The position numbers and the translations under genes are program-made. A stretch of 32,000 nucleotides of DNA from Nonlabens ponticola (GTDB lineage Bacteria; Bacteroidota; Bacteroidia; Flavobacteriales; Flavobacteriaceae), in assembly GCF_003966335.1 (NCBI RefSeq), contig NZ_CP034549.1, positions 1,200,001 to 1,232,000 on the forward strand, read 5' to 3'. This document shows positions 18,804-28,473 of this stretch, piece by piece (position 1 is the stretch's first letter; each line of letters begins with the position of its first letter). The notes under the pieces are model-generated. The model did no database searches and was not told where the DNA came from. It worked only from the letters and a program-made list of their open reading frames with translations.

Positions 18804-19216
18804 GAGGCAAATATTTGATTAAAATCCTTGAACGACTTGAACTCTAGGGCATTACCGCTAGGATCTTTGAAAAACATGGTGGCCTGCTCGCCTGGCTGGC
18901 CTTCAAATCGTATGTAAGGTTCTATGATAAATTGTATGTTTTTTTCTTGTAACGCTTTCGCGAAAGCGTGAAAATCTTCCCACTCTAGAACAACACCAAA
19001 GTGTGGTACTGGCACTGCCTTTCCATCTACTGCATTCACGGCCTCAGGCGCAATGTTGTCTGAAATGTGTATCACCAATTGGTGACCAAAAAAGTCAAAA
19101 TCTACCCAATGATCACTGCTGCGACCTTCTTTCATACCCAATGTATCACGGTAGAATACTCTAGTCGTGGTGATTTCCCTTACTGGAATAGCGAGGTGAA
19201 ATGGAGTGAGTTTCAT
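18800..19216 (-). CDS. VOC / glyoxalase-bleomycin resistance family protein
   Basis: 138 aa. FHLAIPV...TRVFYRDTLGM and ...FFKDPSGNALEF are typical VOC beta-alpha-beta-beta-beta module ends. Confidence 0.8.
   Translation of the reverse strand: MKLTPFHLAIPVREITTTRVFYRDTLGMKEGRSSDHWVDFDFFGHQLVIHISDNIAPEAVNAVDGKAVPVPHFGVVLEWEDFHAFAKALQEKNIQFIIEPYIRFEGQPGEQATMFFKDPSGNALEFKSFKDFNQIFAS
18952..18969. repeat. Iterated palindrome copy 7 (ACGCTTTCGCGAAAGCGT, 18-nt perfect)
   Basis: Inside the VOC CDS (minus strand), read as AFAKA. Confidence 0.95.
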
Positions 19217-19225
19217 GTTGGTAAA

Positions 19226-19768
19226 TTATACGATTGCGTCAACTATACCGTATTCTAGAGCTTCATCTGCGCCCATCCAGTAATCACGGTTAAAGTCTTT
19301 CATGATCTTATCAAATGGCTGGTCACAGTTCTTCTCATAGATTTTGGCTAGTAACTCTCTTGTTTTCAAGATCTCGTTAGCTGATATCTCAAGGTCTGTT
19401 CCTACACCACGAGCACCACCACTAGGCTGGTGAATCATTACACGACCGTGCTTTTGAATATGGCGCTTCCCTTTCTGACCACCAGACAATAATAAACTAC
19501 CCATACTTGCCGCAAGACCGCTACATACGGTGCTTACGGGACTTGCAATTTCTTGCATGGTATCATAGATGGAAAATCCAGAAGTCACATAACCGCCAGG
19601 ACTGTTGATCACAAATGTGATCTCATCATTACTCAAAGAATCTAGGTAAAGCAAGCGATCTACACAATGTCTTGCAGTCTTGTCATCCACCATTCCCCAA
19701 ATGAACAATTTGCGCTGTTCAATGTAGGTTTCGTCAATTTTATCTTGAAGTTTTATCGTTTTACTCAT
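19226..19768 (-). CDS. ClpP-family serine protease paralog (divergent N-terminus)
   Basis: 180 aa. INSPGGYVTSGFSIYDTMQ, GLAASMGSLLL (Ser), VMIHQPSGG (His) and RDYWMGADEALEYGIVD (Asp) match ClpP. The conserved N-terminal axial-loop segment of canonical ClpP is not recognisable. Confidence 0.8.
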   Translation of the reverse strand: MSKTIKLQDKIDETYIEQRKLFIWGMVDDKTARHCVDRLLYLDSLSNDEITFVINSPGGYVTSGFSIYDTMQEIASPVSTVCSGLAASMGSLLLSGGQKGKRHIQKHGRVMIHQPSGGARGVGTDLEISANEILKTRELLAKIYEKNCDQPFDKIMKDFNRDYWMGADEALEYGIVDAIV

Positions 19769-19810
19769 TGATTATATTTTATAAAAATGCATACAAATTG
19801 ATGCCATATT

Positions 19811-19827
19811 TTCATTTTGAAAATGAA
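19811..19827. promoter_or_regulatory. Operator-like palindrome TTCATTTT-G-AAAATGAA
   Basis: 8-nt perfect inverted arms with a 1-nt spacer. On the minus strand it lies immediately downstream of the putative -7 box of the clpP-like operon. Confidence 0.3.
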
Positions 19828-19832
19828 TATTT

Positions 19833-19840
19833 CAAATATA
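19833..19840 (-). promoter_or_regulatory. Bacteroidota-type -7 box (TATATTTG on the minus strand) for the clpP-like operon
   Basis: Plus strand CAAATATA is the reverse complement of TATATTTG, about 65 nt upstream of the ATG at 19768 in an AT-rich divergent spacer. Confidence 0.35.
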
Positions 19841-19985
19841 AACTTATTGATTTACTTGCTTGTCCTTAGTAATCTTATTTTAACTGTCCTGCTAAGGCGT
19901 CACTATTAATTAAAATGCTTTGATGCTTAAATCATAGTTCCGTACTGCTTATTGCTATATTGGTCTAATCATTTAAACAAAAATC

Positions 19986-20669
19986 ATGGGATTCTTTTTC
20001 AAAAGAAAAATCGCTAAGAATATTCTTTATTTTCTAAGTGAAATTGTAGTTGTAGTCATTGGAATTTTTATCGCATTCCAATTGACTGAGTGGAAAGAGA
20101 AAAAGCAAAATAGCGAAAAGGAGATTGTCGCCTTACAGCGTATCCAAAATGACTTGAAAAGTGATGTTGCTGTTTTTTTATTCCAGCAAAAAGATTTAAT
20201 TAAAAATAGTGATTACTTGAAAGATGTGCTGTACCATGATAAAACAGACAATCTAGATTCCTTGAGATTAAAGGCTACTTCTTATTATGCTCATTTAAAA
20301 TTTAACTCGGAATATGTGAGTTTAAAGTCTAGCGGCAACTTGAATTTGATTAAAAACGATAGCTTACGAGGTTCCATTGTTGCTTACTACGAAGCCAATT
20401 ACGGATTATTTGATGAGGTTGCAGATGGTCATAAAAACCTTGTAAATACTACTATTGAGCCCTATCTCATACAAAATTTTGTAATCGACTCCACTTATCT
20501 TGTAGATCCAAAAGTGGTAAAAGCTAAGTTAGAACATCCCATGTTTATCAATATTCTCACAAACCAAATTGCTTACACGAAGGTGCTAACAGAAGGTTTG
20601 ACAGAGCGTCCTGCCAAGTCAATCATCAAATTCATTGATCAAAAATTGGATAATCAAAAATTTAAATAA
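19986..20669 (+). CDS. Hypothetical single-pass membrane protein (DUF6090-like)
   Basis: 227 aa. The N-terminus FFKRKIAKNILYFLSEIVVVVIGIFIAFQLTEWKE resembles the flavobacterial DUF6090 family N-terminal anchor. The gene is AT-rich. Confidence 0.6.
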   Translation: MGFFFKRKIAKNILYFLSEIVVVVIGIFIAFQLTEWKEKKQNSEKEIVALQRIQNDLKSDVAVFLFQQKDLIKNSDYLKDVLYHDKTDNLDSLRLKATSYYAHLKFNSEYVSLKSSGNLNLIKNDSLRGSIVAYYEANYGLFDEVADGHKNLVNTTIEPYLIQNFVIDSTYLVDPKVVKAKLEHPMFINILTNQIAYTKVLTEGLTERPAKSIIKFIDQKLDNQKFK

Positions 20670-20717
20670 GATTTAGAATCTATGGGCGAAAGTTCTATTT
20701 TGATAATTGAATCGATG

Positions 20718-21740
20718 TCAAATGGTTTCTCCACGCTTCCCATATTCCTTTTTGTAAATCTGCACTAGCAGTAGAAATAAACTCACTAGCAATGGGCCAA
20801 AAATCAAACCCAGAAACCCAAATAAAGGTACACCTACAATAACACCAATCAAGGTGACCATAGGATGAATATCTGCCAGGCGTTTTTGAACAATCAATCG
20901 GAATACATTGTCTGTGGAGCCAACAACCACGGTACCATAAATCAATATACCTATCGCGCCTTGTGTATCGCCTTGCGCCATGAGCAATAGGAAAACAGGA
21001 AGTATTCCTAGCGCTGTACCTACAAAGGGTATCATACTACCTATAGTAGTAATACCGAACCAAAAGAAGGCATTCTCAACACCAAAAATCAAATACCCTA
21101 TCAGTGCGACCACACCTTGCATGATAGCCACGAGTGGAATTCCCAGCGCGTTTGATTTCACAAGAGCAATACAATCGTCGCCTAGTGCTTGTATGTTTTC
21201 TTTTTTTAGGGGTAGATAGGTCATACTTGCATTTTGCCATGTTTCTCGTTCTACCAGCATGTAGTAGATGATAAAAATCATGATACCTAATGCAATAAAA
21301 ATATTGAGTCCAGAACTTGCGACACCACTTACTAATGATGACAAGGTGCTCTTTATTTGATCGCTGTCAATGGATGGCCCTATCTCATAACCTATATATT
21401 CTTCAACTTTGTTTATTTGCGACTGGATTTGATTGGTAATCTCGCTGGTATTATTGAGGGCTTTTTTAATTCTAGAATAAAATAACAATCCCAATCCAGC
21501 AATAGGTATAAGAATTCCTATTATAGATGATATTATCAGAGTCACAGCTGCAATGGATGGTCGCCATTTCAATTTTTCTAACTTACGCTGTAAGGGAACT
21601 AAAATAACGTACAGTGTAATGCCAGCGAGTACACCACCCATATATGGAAACATTTGCCAGGTGATCATAACGGCTGCACCTACCAATACGAGAATGATAA
21701 ATGCCTGTCTTATAATATCTGGTGCTATCTTGTTTTTCAT
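20718..21740 (-). CDS. AI-2E family transporter (PerM/UPF0118)
   Basis: Polytopic membrane protein whose C-terminal region ...GSMIPFVGTALGILPV...HPMVTLIGVIVGVPLFGFLGLIFGPLL is typical of the AI-2E family. ATG 21740 is preferred over 21764 because it sits 1 nt after the upstream stop (TAGTATG). Confidence 0.8.
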   Translation of the reverse strand: MKNKIAPDIIRQAFIILVLVGAAVMITWQMFPYMGGVLAGITLYVILVPLQRKLEKLKWRPSIAAVTLIISSIIGILIPIAGLGLLFYSRIKKALNNTSEITNQIQSQINKVEEYIGYEIGPSIDSDQIKSTLSSLVSGVASSGLNIFIALGIMIFIIYYMLVERETWQNASMTYLPLKKENIQALGDDCIALVKSNALGIPLVAIMQGVVALIGYLIFGVENAFFWFGITTIGSMIPFVGTALGILPVFLLLMAQGDTQGAIGILIYGTVVVGSTDNVFRLIVQKRLADIHPMVTLIGVIVGVPLFGFLGLIFGPLLVSLFLLLVQIYKKEYGKRGETI

Positions 21741-21741
21741 A

Positions 21742-21981
21742 CTAGTGGTTGCGCAGTGCTTCAATTAATTCTGACTTGCTCATTTTTGAGCGGCCGTCTA
21801 TACCTATCTTTTTCGCCTGCTCATAGAGTTCTTCCTTGGTGCGCTCTTCATAAGTGCTGGCCTTACCACCTTTTTTTCCGCTATTTTTAGTGTTGGCAAT
21901 GCGTGCGGCCTTTTCTTTGGAATATCCCTGATCTCTTAAAGCCTCGTATTGGTCTTCATTCTTAATGCTAGGTCGTCCCAT
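21742..21981 (-). CDS. Small basic protein with a Rho-N-like C-terminal helix-hairpin
   Basis: 79 aa. The C-terminal TKEELYEQAKKIGIDGRSKMSKSELIEALR matches the Rho termination factor N-terminal (SAP-like) motif. The N-terminal half resembles the widespread small DUF7218-type proteins. Confidence 0.6.
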   Translation of the reverse strand: MGRPSIKNEDQYEALRDQGYSKEKAARIANTKNSGKKGGKASTYEERTKEELYEQAKKIGIDGRSKMSKSELIEALRNH

Positions 21982-22032
21982 CTTTTTGTTTTAAAAGTAA
22001 CCTAATGAGAACGGCTAGTCGTTAAAGATTTT

Positions 22033-22881
22033 TCAATTCTCGAGAAATGCGATGATTCGCGAGACAACTTCAGGTGTGTGTAGGCTGTGACCACCAGTTT
22101 CAGATACAAAAGTCTCGCTGTTCTCAAGGGCTTCTGCAATGGGTTGCAGGCTGTCTATGGGAACGATAACATCAGCAGGACTGTGGATGAGCAATGCAGG
22201 CGTTTTAATATCTCGAGCAAAGGTCGCTGTCTCAAACTCCTCAATATGAAAACCATACAGGCTCTTGAGTAAGTTATCCAATTCCTGATAGACCTTGCTG
22301 TTAAAACCAACTAGTTGCTGGTATCCTTTAAAAATCACCTCAAGCCTGTTGGGACTACCCAACAAGACGAGCTTATTAATAAACTTATGTTGATGCTGTG
22401 ATTCTTGATATACGGTTGCCATGGCGCCAACACTATGGGCAATCACGATTTGCGGCTCGTATAATTCTATCACAGTGGTGATGACCTTTGAGTATTTTAC
22501 TGCTGTAAATTGCTCGCCATCGCTGGCGCCATGAGCAGGTGCGTCAATAGCAATGATGTTGTACCCTTTTTCCTGTAACGGCTCTATAAGATATTTCCAG
22601 CGCCAGGCGTTTGATTCCCAACCGTGAAACAATAAAATAGTGTCGCCATCGCCTTTCCAGTGATACAGTTGGATAAGGCCATCTTCAAAAGCAATTTTTT
22701 GTTTGCGTGCAGTATCCAGATAAGATTCTTGCAGCTTACTCAGTCGACCTTTTCTGGGCACGCTAAAGACCTTAAGAGCGAGAGCGGCACCACGCTTTCG
22801 CGAAAGCAAACTCAACGCATTAAAATAAAAGCCATACAATCTAGGTATGGCTTTGTTTACAATGGATTTTGCGTCGGGCAT
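22033..22881 (-). CDS. Alpha/beta hydrolase
   Basis: 282 aa with an HGWESN oxyanion region, nucleophile elbow AHSVGA, and a late GGHSLH histidine. Confidence 0.8.
   Translation of the reverse strand: MPDAKSIVNKAIPRLYGFYFNALSLLSRKRGAALALKVFSVPRKGRLSKLQESYLDTARKQKIAFEDGLIQLYHWKGDGDTILLFHGWESNAWRWKYLIEPLQEKGYNIIAIDAPAHGASDGEQFTAVKYSKVITTVIELYEPQIVIAHSVGAMATVYQESQHQHKFINKLVLLGSPNRLEVIFKGYQQLVGFNSKVYQELDNLLKSLYGFHIEEFETATFARDIKTPALLIHSPADVIVPIDSLQPIAEALENSETFVSETGGHSLHTPEVVSRIIAFLEN
22794..22807. repeat. Iterated palindrome copy 8 (GCTTTCGCGAAAGC)
   Basis: Inside the alpha/beta hydrolase CDS (minus strand), read as LSRK. Confidence 0.95.
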
Positions 22882-22882
22882 G

Positions 22883-23428
22883 TTACCAACTTATAAAAAC
22901 ATATTGCGGTGTTGCCGTATCTGGCACCATGCTTTTTTCAATGGCTGCGCTTATATCGTACTTGACATCTGCCGGTAACTGATCCTTATCAATGGTGAAG
23001 TAAAAATTCTCGTCATTGATCCATACCGCGGCGCTATTGATCATGTTGTCAATACTGCTCACATTGTAAGCCTCGCTTATTTGTTTGAAATTACTATCGA
23101 TCGTGATGCCTTTTTCAGTCGTGTAACGATTATCACGTACTCGTACATTCTCAATGGTCGAGGTGCTGTCCATCGCCTCATAGGGCGTCAAGGTAAGTAG
23201 GTGCACACCACCTTTTTCATAGATCTCAATCGCGTTGGGACCATTTACAAACTCATCACCAGCAACGCTTCTTACAATGCTGTCGTTTGCAAAAACGCTG
23301 TCTAGTTGGCGCACTTGAATATCTTTAGTAAGACCGCCTATGCGGTCCTTGCTCCATTCAAATGGATCTTGTTCATCTGCACAACTGGCAAAAATTACAA
23401 CGGCTAATAAAATCAGTACTTTTTTCAT
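22883..23428 (-). CDS. Hypothetical lipoprotein
   Basis: MKKVLILLAVVIFASCADE lipoprotein signal, taking the ATG at 23428. The stop lies 1 nt before the hydrolase start. No family recognised. Confidence 0.6.
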   Translation of the reverse strand: MKKVLILLAVVIFASCADEQDPFEWSKDRIGGLTKDIQVRQLDSVFANDSIVRSVAGDEFVNGPNAIEIYEKGGVHLLTLTPYEAMDSTSTIENVRVRDNRYTTEKGITIDSNFKQISEAYNVSSIDNMINSAAVWINDENFYFTIDKDQLPADVKYDISAAIEKSMVPDTATPQYVFISW

Positions 23429-23490
23429 AATAATTTTTAAGATGAGCAAAATTACAATGCTGGTTTAAGACTAGGAATTTAAGTCAAGGT

Positions 23491-25005
23491 TTATTTAAGC
23501 GCCTTACCCAGAATTCCCATCACGCCTCTTATAAAAGTAGCGCTGGTCAATACTTTGATAATCGGGTTTTGTCTAGTGCTTTTGCGTCTGGTAGTGGTTT
23601 TGGGCTTTACACGTTCTTTTTTGGCCTTTTCCTTTATTTCTTCCTCATGGGCTTTTTCAATTTTTTCCTGGAGTAGTTCTTCTGCGCTCTCGCGATTGAT
23701 GACCTCGTTGTATTTATCAGTTAATTCAGAATCTGCGATGAGGTCTGACAATTCCCGATCTGTCAAGACATCCATGCGACTTTCTGGTGCACGCAGCAAG
23801 GTGGCTGCCAGTGGGCTAGGACGACCTTTCTCGTCTAGTGCAGATATGAAAGCTTCACCGATACCTAGCGATGTCAACACATCTGCAGTATCATAATAAG
23901 GAGTAAGCGGGTAATTTTGTGCGGTGAGTTTGATGGCTTTGCGATCCTTGGCAGTAAAGGCACGCAAGGCGTGTTGTACTTTAAGACCTAACTGACTCAA
24001 GACACCTTCCGGAATATCAGTAGGATTTTGAGTGACAAAGTATAGGCCTATTCCTTTGGAACGTATCAATTTTACAATGCTCTCGATTTGATTGAGCAAT
24101 GCCTTGCTGGCGTTGTCAAAGATCAAGTGTGCCTCGTCAATAAATAATACCAGCTCTGGTCTGTCTGCATCACCTTGCTCTGGAAATGTAGAGTAAATCT
24201 CTGCTAACAAGCTCAGCATAAAGGTTGAGAACAGTTTAGGTCTGTCCTGGATATCGGTAAGCCTGATGACGTTGACATAACCATCACCATTCTTGTCCTT
24301 GCGCACAAGATCTTTGACATCAAAACTGCGCTCGCCAAAAAATATGTCAGCGCCTTGCTGCTCCAGCTCAATGATTTTTCTCAAGATTGCACCAGTAGAT
24401 GAGGTGGAAACACGACCATATTCTTCTTGAAATTCTGCCTTGCCTTCATTGGTGGCATATCGCAGTACTTTCTTTAAATCCTCAAGATCCAGCAGCGGTA
24501 ATTTGTTATCGTCACAGTATTTGAAGATCACACTAATTATTCCAGCTTGGGTCACGGTCACATCCAGTATACGTGATAATAGTACTGGGCCAAATTCGCT
24601 TACCGTAGCTCTCATGCGCACACCATCTTGATGCGAGATGGTCATGATCTCCGTTGGGCTCGCTCGCTTCTTAAATTCTAGATCAATTTTCTCGTGACGC
24701 TCATCAATCTTAGCATGTCCTGGACTAGGCGCGGCAATCCCTGATAAGTCACCTTTTATATCCATGAGCAAACTAGGTACGCCATGTTGCGATAGCTGCT
24801 CGGCTATGATTTGTAGGGTTTTTGTCTTTCCTGTTCCAGTAGCACCAGCAATAAGTCCATGTCTATTCATGGTCTTGAGTGGTATCTTGACATGGACGCC
24901 AGTTATCGTTTCGCCATCCAGCATGGCTGCGCCCATGATGATAGACTCACCTTTGTGCTTGTAGCCGTCAAGTATGTGTTGCTTGAAATCTTCTTTATTT
25001 GCCAT
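23491..25005 (-). CDS. HerA-like P-loop ATPase (DUF853 / YjgR family)
   Basis: NRHGLIAGATGTGKTKTLQ Walker A and LVLFIDEAHLIF Walker B. Lys/Arg-rich tail plus a terminal amphipathic segment (IIKVLTSATFIRGVMGILGKALK). The track start at 25026 is a TTG, so the ATG at 25005 is preferred. Confidence 0.8.
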   Translation of the reverse strand: MANKEDFKQHILDGYKHKGESIIMGAAMLDGETITGVHVKIPLKTMNRHGLIAGATGTGKTKTLQIIAEQLSQHGVPSLLMDIKGDLSGIAAPSPGHAKIDERHEKIDLEFKKRASPTEIMTISHQDGVRMRATVSEFGPVLLSRILDVTVTQAGIISVIFKYCDDNKLPLLDLEDLKKVLRYATNEGKAEFQEEYGRVSTSSTGAILRKIIELEQQGADIFFGERSFDVKDLVRKDKNGDGYVNVIRLTDIQDRPKLFSTFMLSLLAEIYSTFPEQGDADRPELVLFIDEAHLIFDNASKALLNQIESIVKLIRSKGIGLYFVTQNPTDIPEGVLSQLGLKVQHALRAFTAKDRKAIKLTAQNYPLTPYYDTADVLTSLGIGEAFISALDEKGRPSPLAATLLRAPESRMDVLTDRELSDLIADSELTDKYNEVINRESAEELLQEKIEKAHEEEIKEKAKKERVKPKTTTRRKSTRQNPIIKVLTSATFIRGVMGILGKALK

Positions 25006-25095
25006 GAATCTGGTATTAAGGATCAAGCAAAAATAGGATTTTTAAGTTCTCACGGGAACGCCTACTAGATACTAGTCGATTAGGTTGTAAAAGAT

Positions 25096-25103
25096 TAATT
25101 TTG
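25096..25103 (+). promoter_or_regulatory. Bacteroidota-type -7 box (TAATTTTG) upstream of queE
   Basis: Matches TAnnTTTG and ends 8 nt before the ATG at 25112, giving a very short leader or none. Confidence 0.35.
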
Positions 25104-25111
25104 CCGCGCTT

Positions 25112-25741
25112 ATGGATGCACAAATTAAAGAGCAAGTTGATCAAGGAACCATGCTGCCGCTCATGGAAGAATTCTACACCATTCAAGGTGAAGGATTTCA
25201 TACGGGAACGGCTGCCTATTTTATACGGGTAGGCGGTTGTGATGTAGGTTGCCACTGGTGTGATGTTAAGGAAAGCTGGAACCCAGACACGCATCCACCA
25301 ACTGATATCAAAAGTATCGTGGATCACGCGGCATCTTATAGCAACACGATCGTGATTACTGGTGGTGAGCCGCTCACGTGGAACATGCAACCACTTACAA
25401 GCGCGCTCAAGGATCGCAATCTACAGGTTCACATTGAGACCAGCGGTGCCTATCCATTGACAGGAACTTGGGACTGGATTTGCCTATCTCCTAAAAAAAT
25501 CAAGATGCCACTTCCAGAGATCTATAAAGAAGCACACGAGCTCAAGGTGATTGTTTACAATAAGCATGATTTAGCTTTCGCGAAAGCGGAATCCCAAAAA
25601 GTCTCATCAAACTGCCAGCTATTCCTGCAGCCAGAATGGTCTGTGCAAGAAAAGATGATCCCGTTGATCACAGATTTTGTTATGGAAAATCCTGAGTGGC
25701 GCGTGTCGCTACAAACGCACAAGTACTTAAACATACCTTAA
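25112..25741 (+). CDS. queE: 7-carboxy-7-deazaguanine synthase (radical SAM QueE)
   Basis: 209 aa. EEFYTIQGEGFHTGTAAYFIRVGGCDVGCHWCD (CxxxCxxC cluster) and ITGGEPL motifs, with the short flavobacterial QueE architecture. Confidence 0.85.
   Translation: MDAQIKEQVDQGTMLPLMEEFYTIQGEGFHTGTAAYFIRVGGCDVGCHWCDVKESWNPDTHPPTDIKSIVDHAASYSNTIVITGGEPLTWNMQPLTSALKDRNLQVHIETSGAYPLTGTWDWICLSPKKIKMPLPEIYKEAHELKVIVYNKHDLAFAKAESQKVSSNCQLFLQPEWSVQEKMIPLITDFVMENPEWRVSLQTHKYLNIP
25574..25587. repeat. Iterated palindrome copy 9 (GCTTTCGCGAAAGC plus GGAAT flank)
   Basis: Inside the queE CDS, read as AFAKAE. Confidence 0.95.
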
Positions 25742-26277
25742 TCAGACTCTACATCCATGTGGATGCTGGCGATGACATTGTCCCAACCTAAGAATAATCT
25801 ACCACCATCAATCTCATCTACAAACGAGATGGAGAAGGATTCAATCGTTTCTGGCGCTGGCATGACGTCCATAGGAACCTGCAGTAAGTTGAGCTCCTCA
25901 TTGTAATTAGTACCCCATTGTGTGGTTTGCTTATTGAGAATGAGCTGCCAATTTTCCTCGCCAGGAATAGTATAGATGCTGTAAGTTCCTGCTGGTACTT
26001 CTTGATCAGCAATTTTTACTGGTTTGTAAAAGGTGATCTCGGTGGCTTCATTGGCACCGGTTCTCCAGACTTGGTTGTAAGGAACCAGTTTGCCAAATAC
26101 TTCACGATCATTTTTTGACGGTCGGCTATAAATGACACGAGCGATAGCAGCACGATCTTCACCACGATAAATCACGACATCCAGCGGGCTTTTATCAAGG
26201 CCTGAGAATTTGAGATCTTGACCTGTGGATAGACCAGAAACTAGCGCGATAATGAGCAGAATGATAGTGTTTTTCAT
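25738..26277 (-). CDS. DUF2911 family secreted protein
   Basis: 179 aa with a signal peptide. The VPYNQVWRTGANEATEITF and AGTYSIYTIPGEENWQLILN motifs are characteristic of DUF2911. Its stop overlaps the queE stop (TTAA). Confidence 0.8.
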   Translation of the reverse strand: MKNTIILLIIALVSGLSTGQDLKFSGLDKSPLDVVIYRGEDRAAIARVIYSRPSKNDREVFGKLVPYNQVWRTGANEATEITFYKPVKIADQEVPAGTYSIYTIPGEENWQLILNKQTTQWGTNYNEELNLLQVPMDVMPAPETIESFSISFVDEIDGGRLFLGWDNVIASIHMDVESD

Positions 26278-26392
26278 GATGTAAAAGTTCTATTCAAATT
26301 AATGATGTTAATCACTGTGTCCTTATTAATAGTATGTTAATAACTTAGAGGTCAAAATGCAGGGCAAATCCCTGTAAACACTAACGTTTCGT

Positions 26393-26400
26393 TATATTTG
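26393..26400 (+). promoter_or_regulatory. Bacteroidota-type -7 box (TATATTTG) upstream of gyrB
   Basis: Exact TAnnTTTG, 39 nt upstream of the ATG at 26439. Confidence 0.4.
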
Positions 26401-26405
26401 TTTAG

Positions 26406-28376
<1,971 letters not shown>

Positions 28377-28400
28377 TACTGTTCAGGTTAAAACTATTAT

Positions 28401-28436
28401 AATCCCGATGTGACACCGTTGCATCGGGATTTTTTA
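28401..28436 (+). terminator. Intrinsic terminator after gyrB
   Basis: AATCCCGATG (28401-28410) pairs with CATCGGGATT (28422-28431) around an 11-nt loop, followed by a T-run (28431-28435), 25 nt after the stop. Confidence 0.75.
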
Positions 28437-28473
28437 GTTCTATACTTGTGAGAAACATCTTTATATTACTACT

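Noticed and set aside
23555-23896. 113-aa Ser-rich plus-strand ORF (also 24440-24631, 24764-24964, 24859-25068)
   Set aside because: All are antisense or out of frame relative to the HerA-like ATPase CDS. The low-complexity Ser/Leu content mirrors the Lys/Glu-rich sense strand.
25027-25111. Possible preQ1 riboswitch upstream of queE
   Set aside because: The 85-nt spacer shows no resemblance to the preQ1-I/II consensus as I recall it. The -7 box sits only 8 nt from the ATG, leaving no room for a leader aptamer.
25016-25390. 124-aa minus-strand ORF overlapping queE
   Set aside because: The queE frame carries the radical-SAM CxxxCxxC and GGEPL motifs, and the antisense ORF has none.
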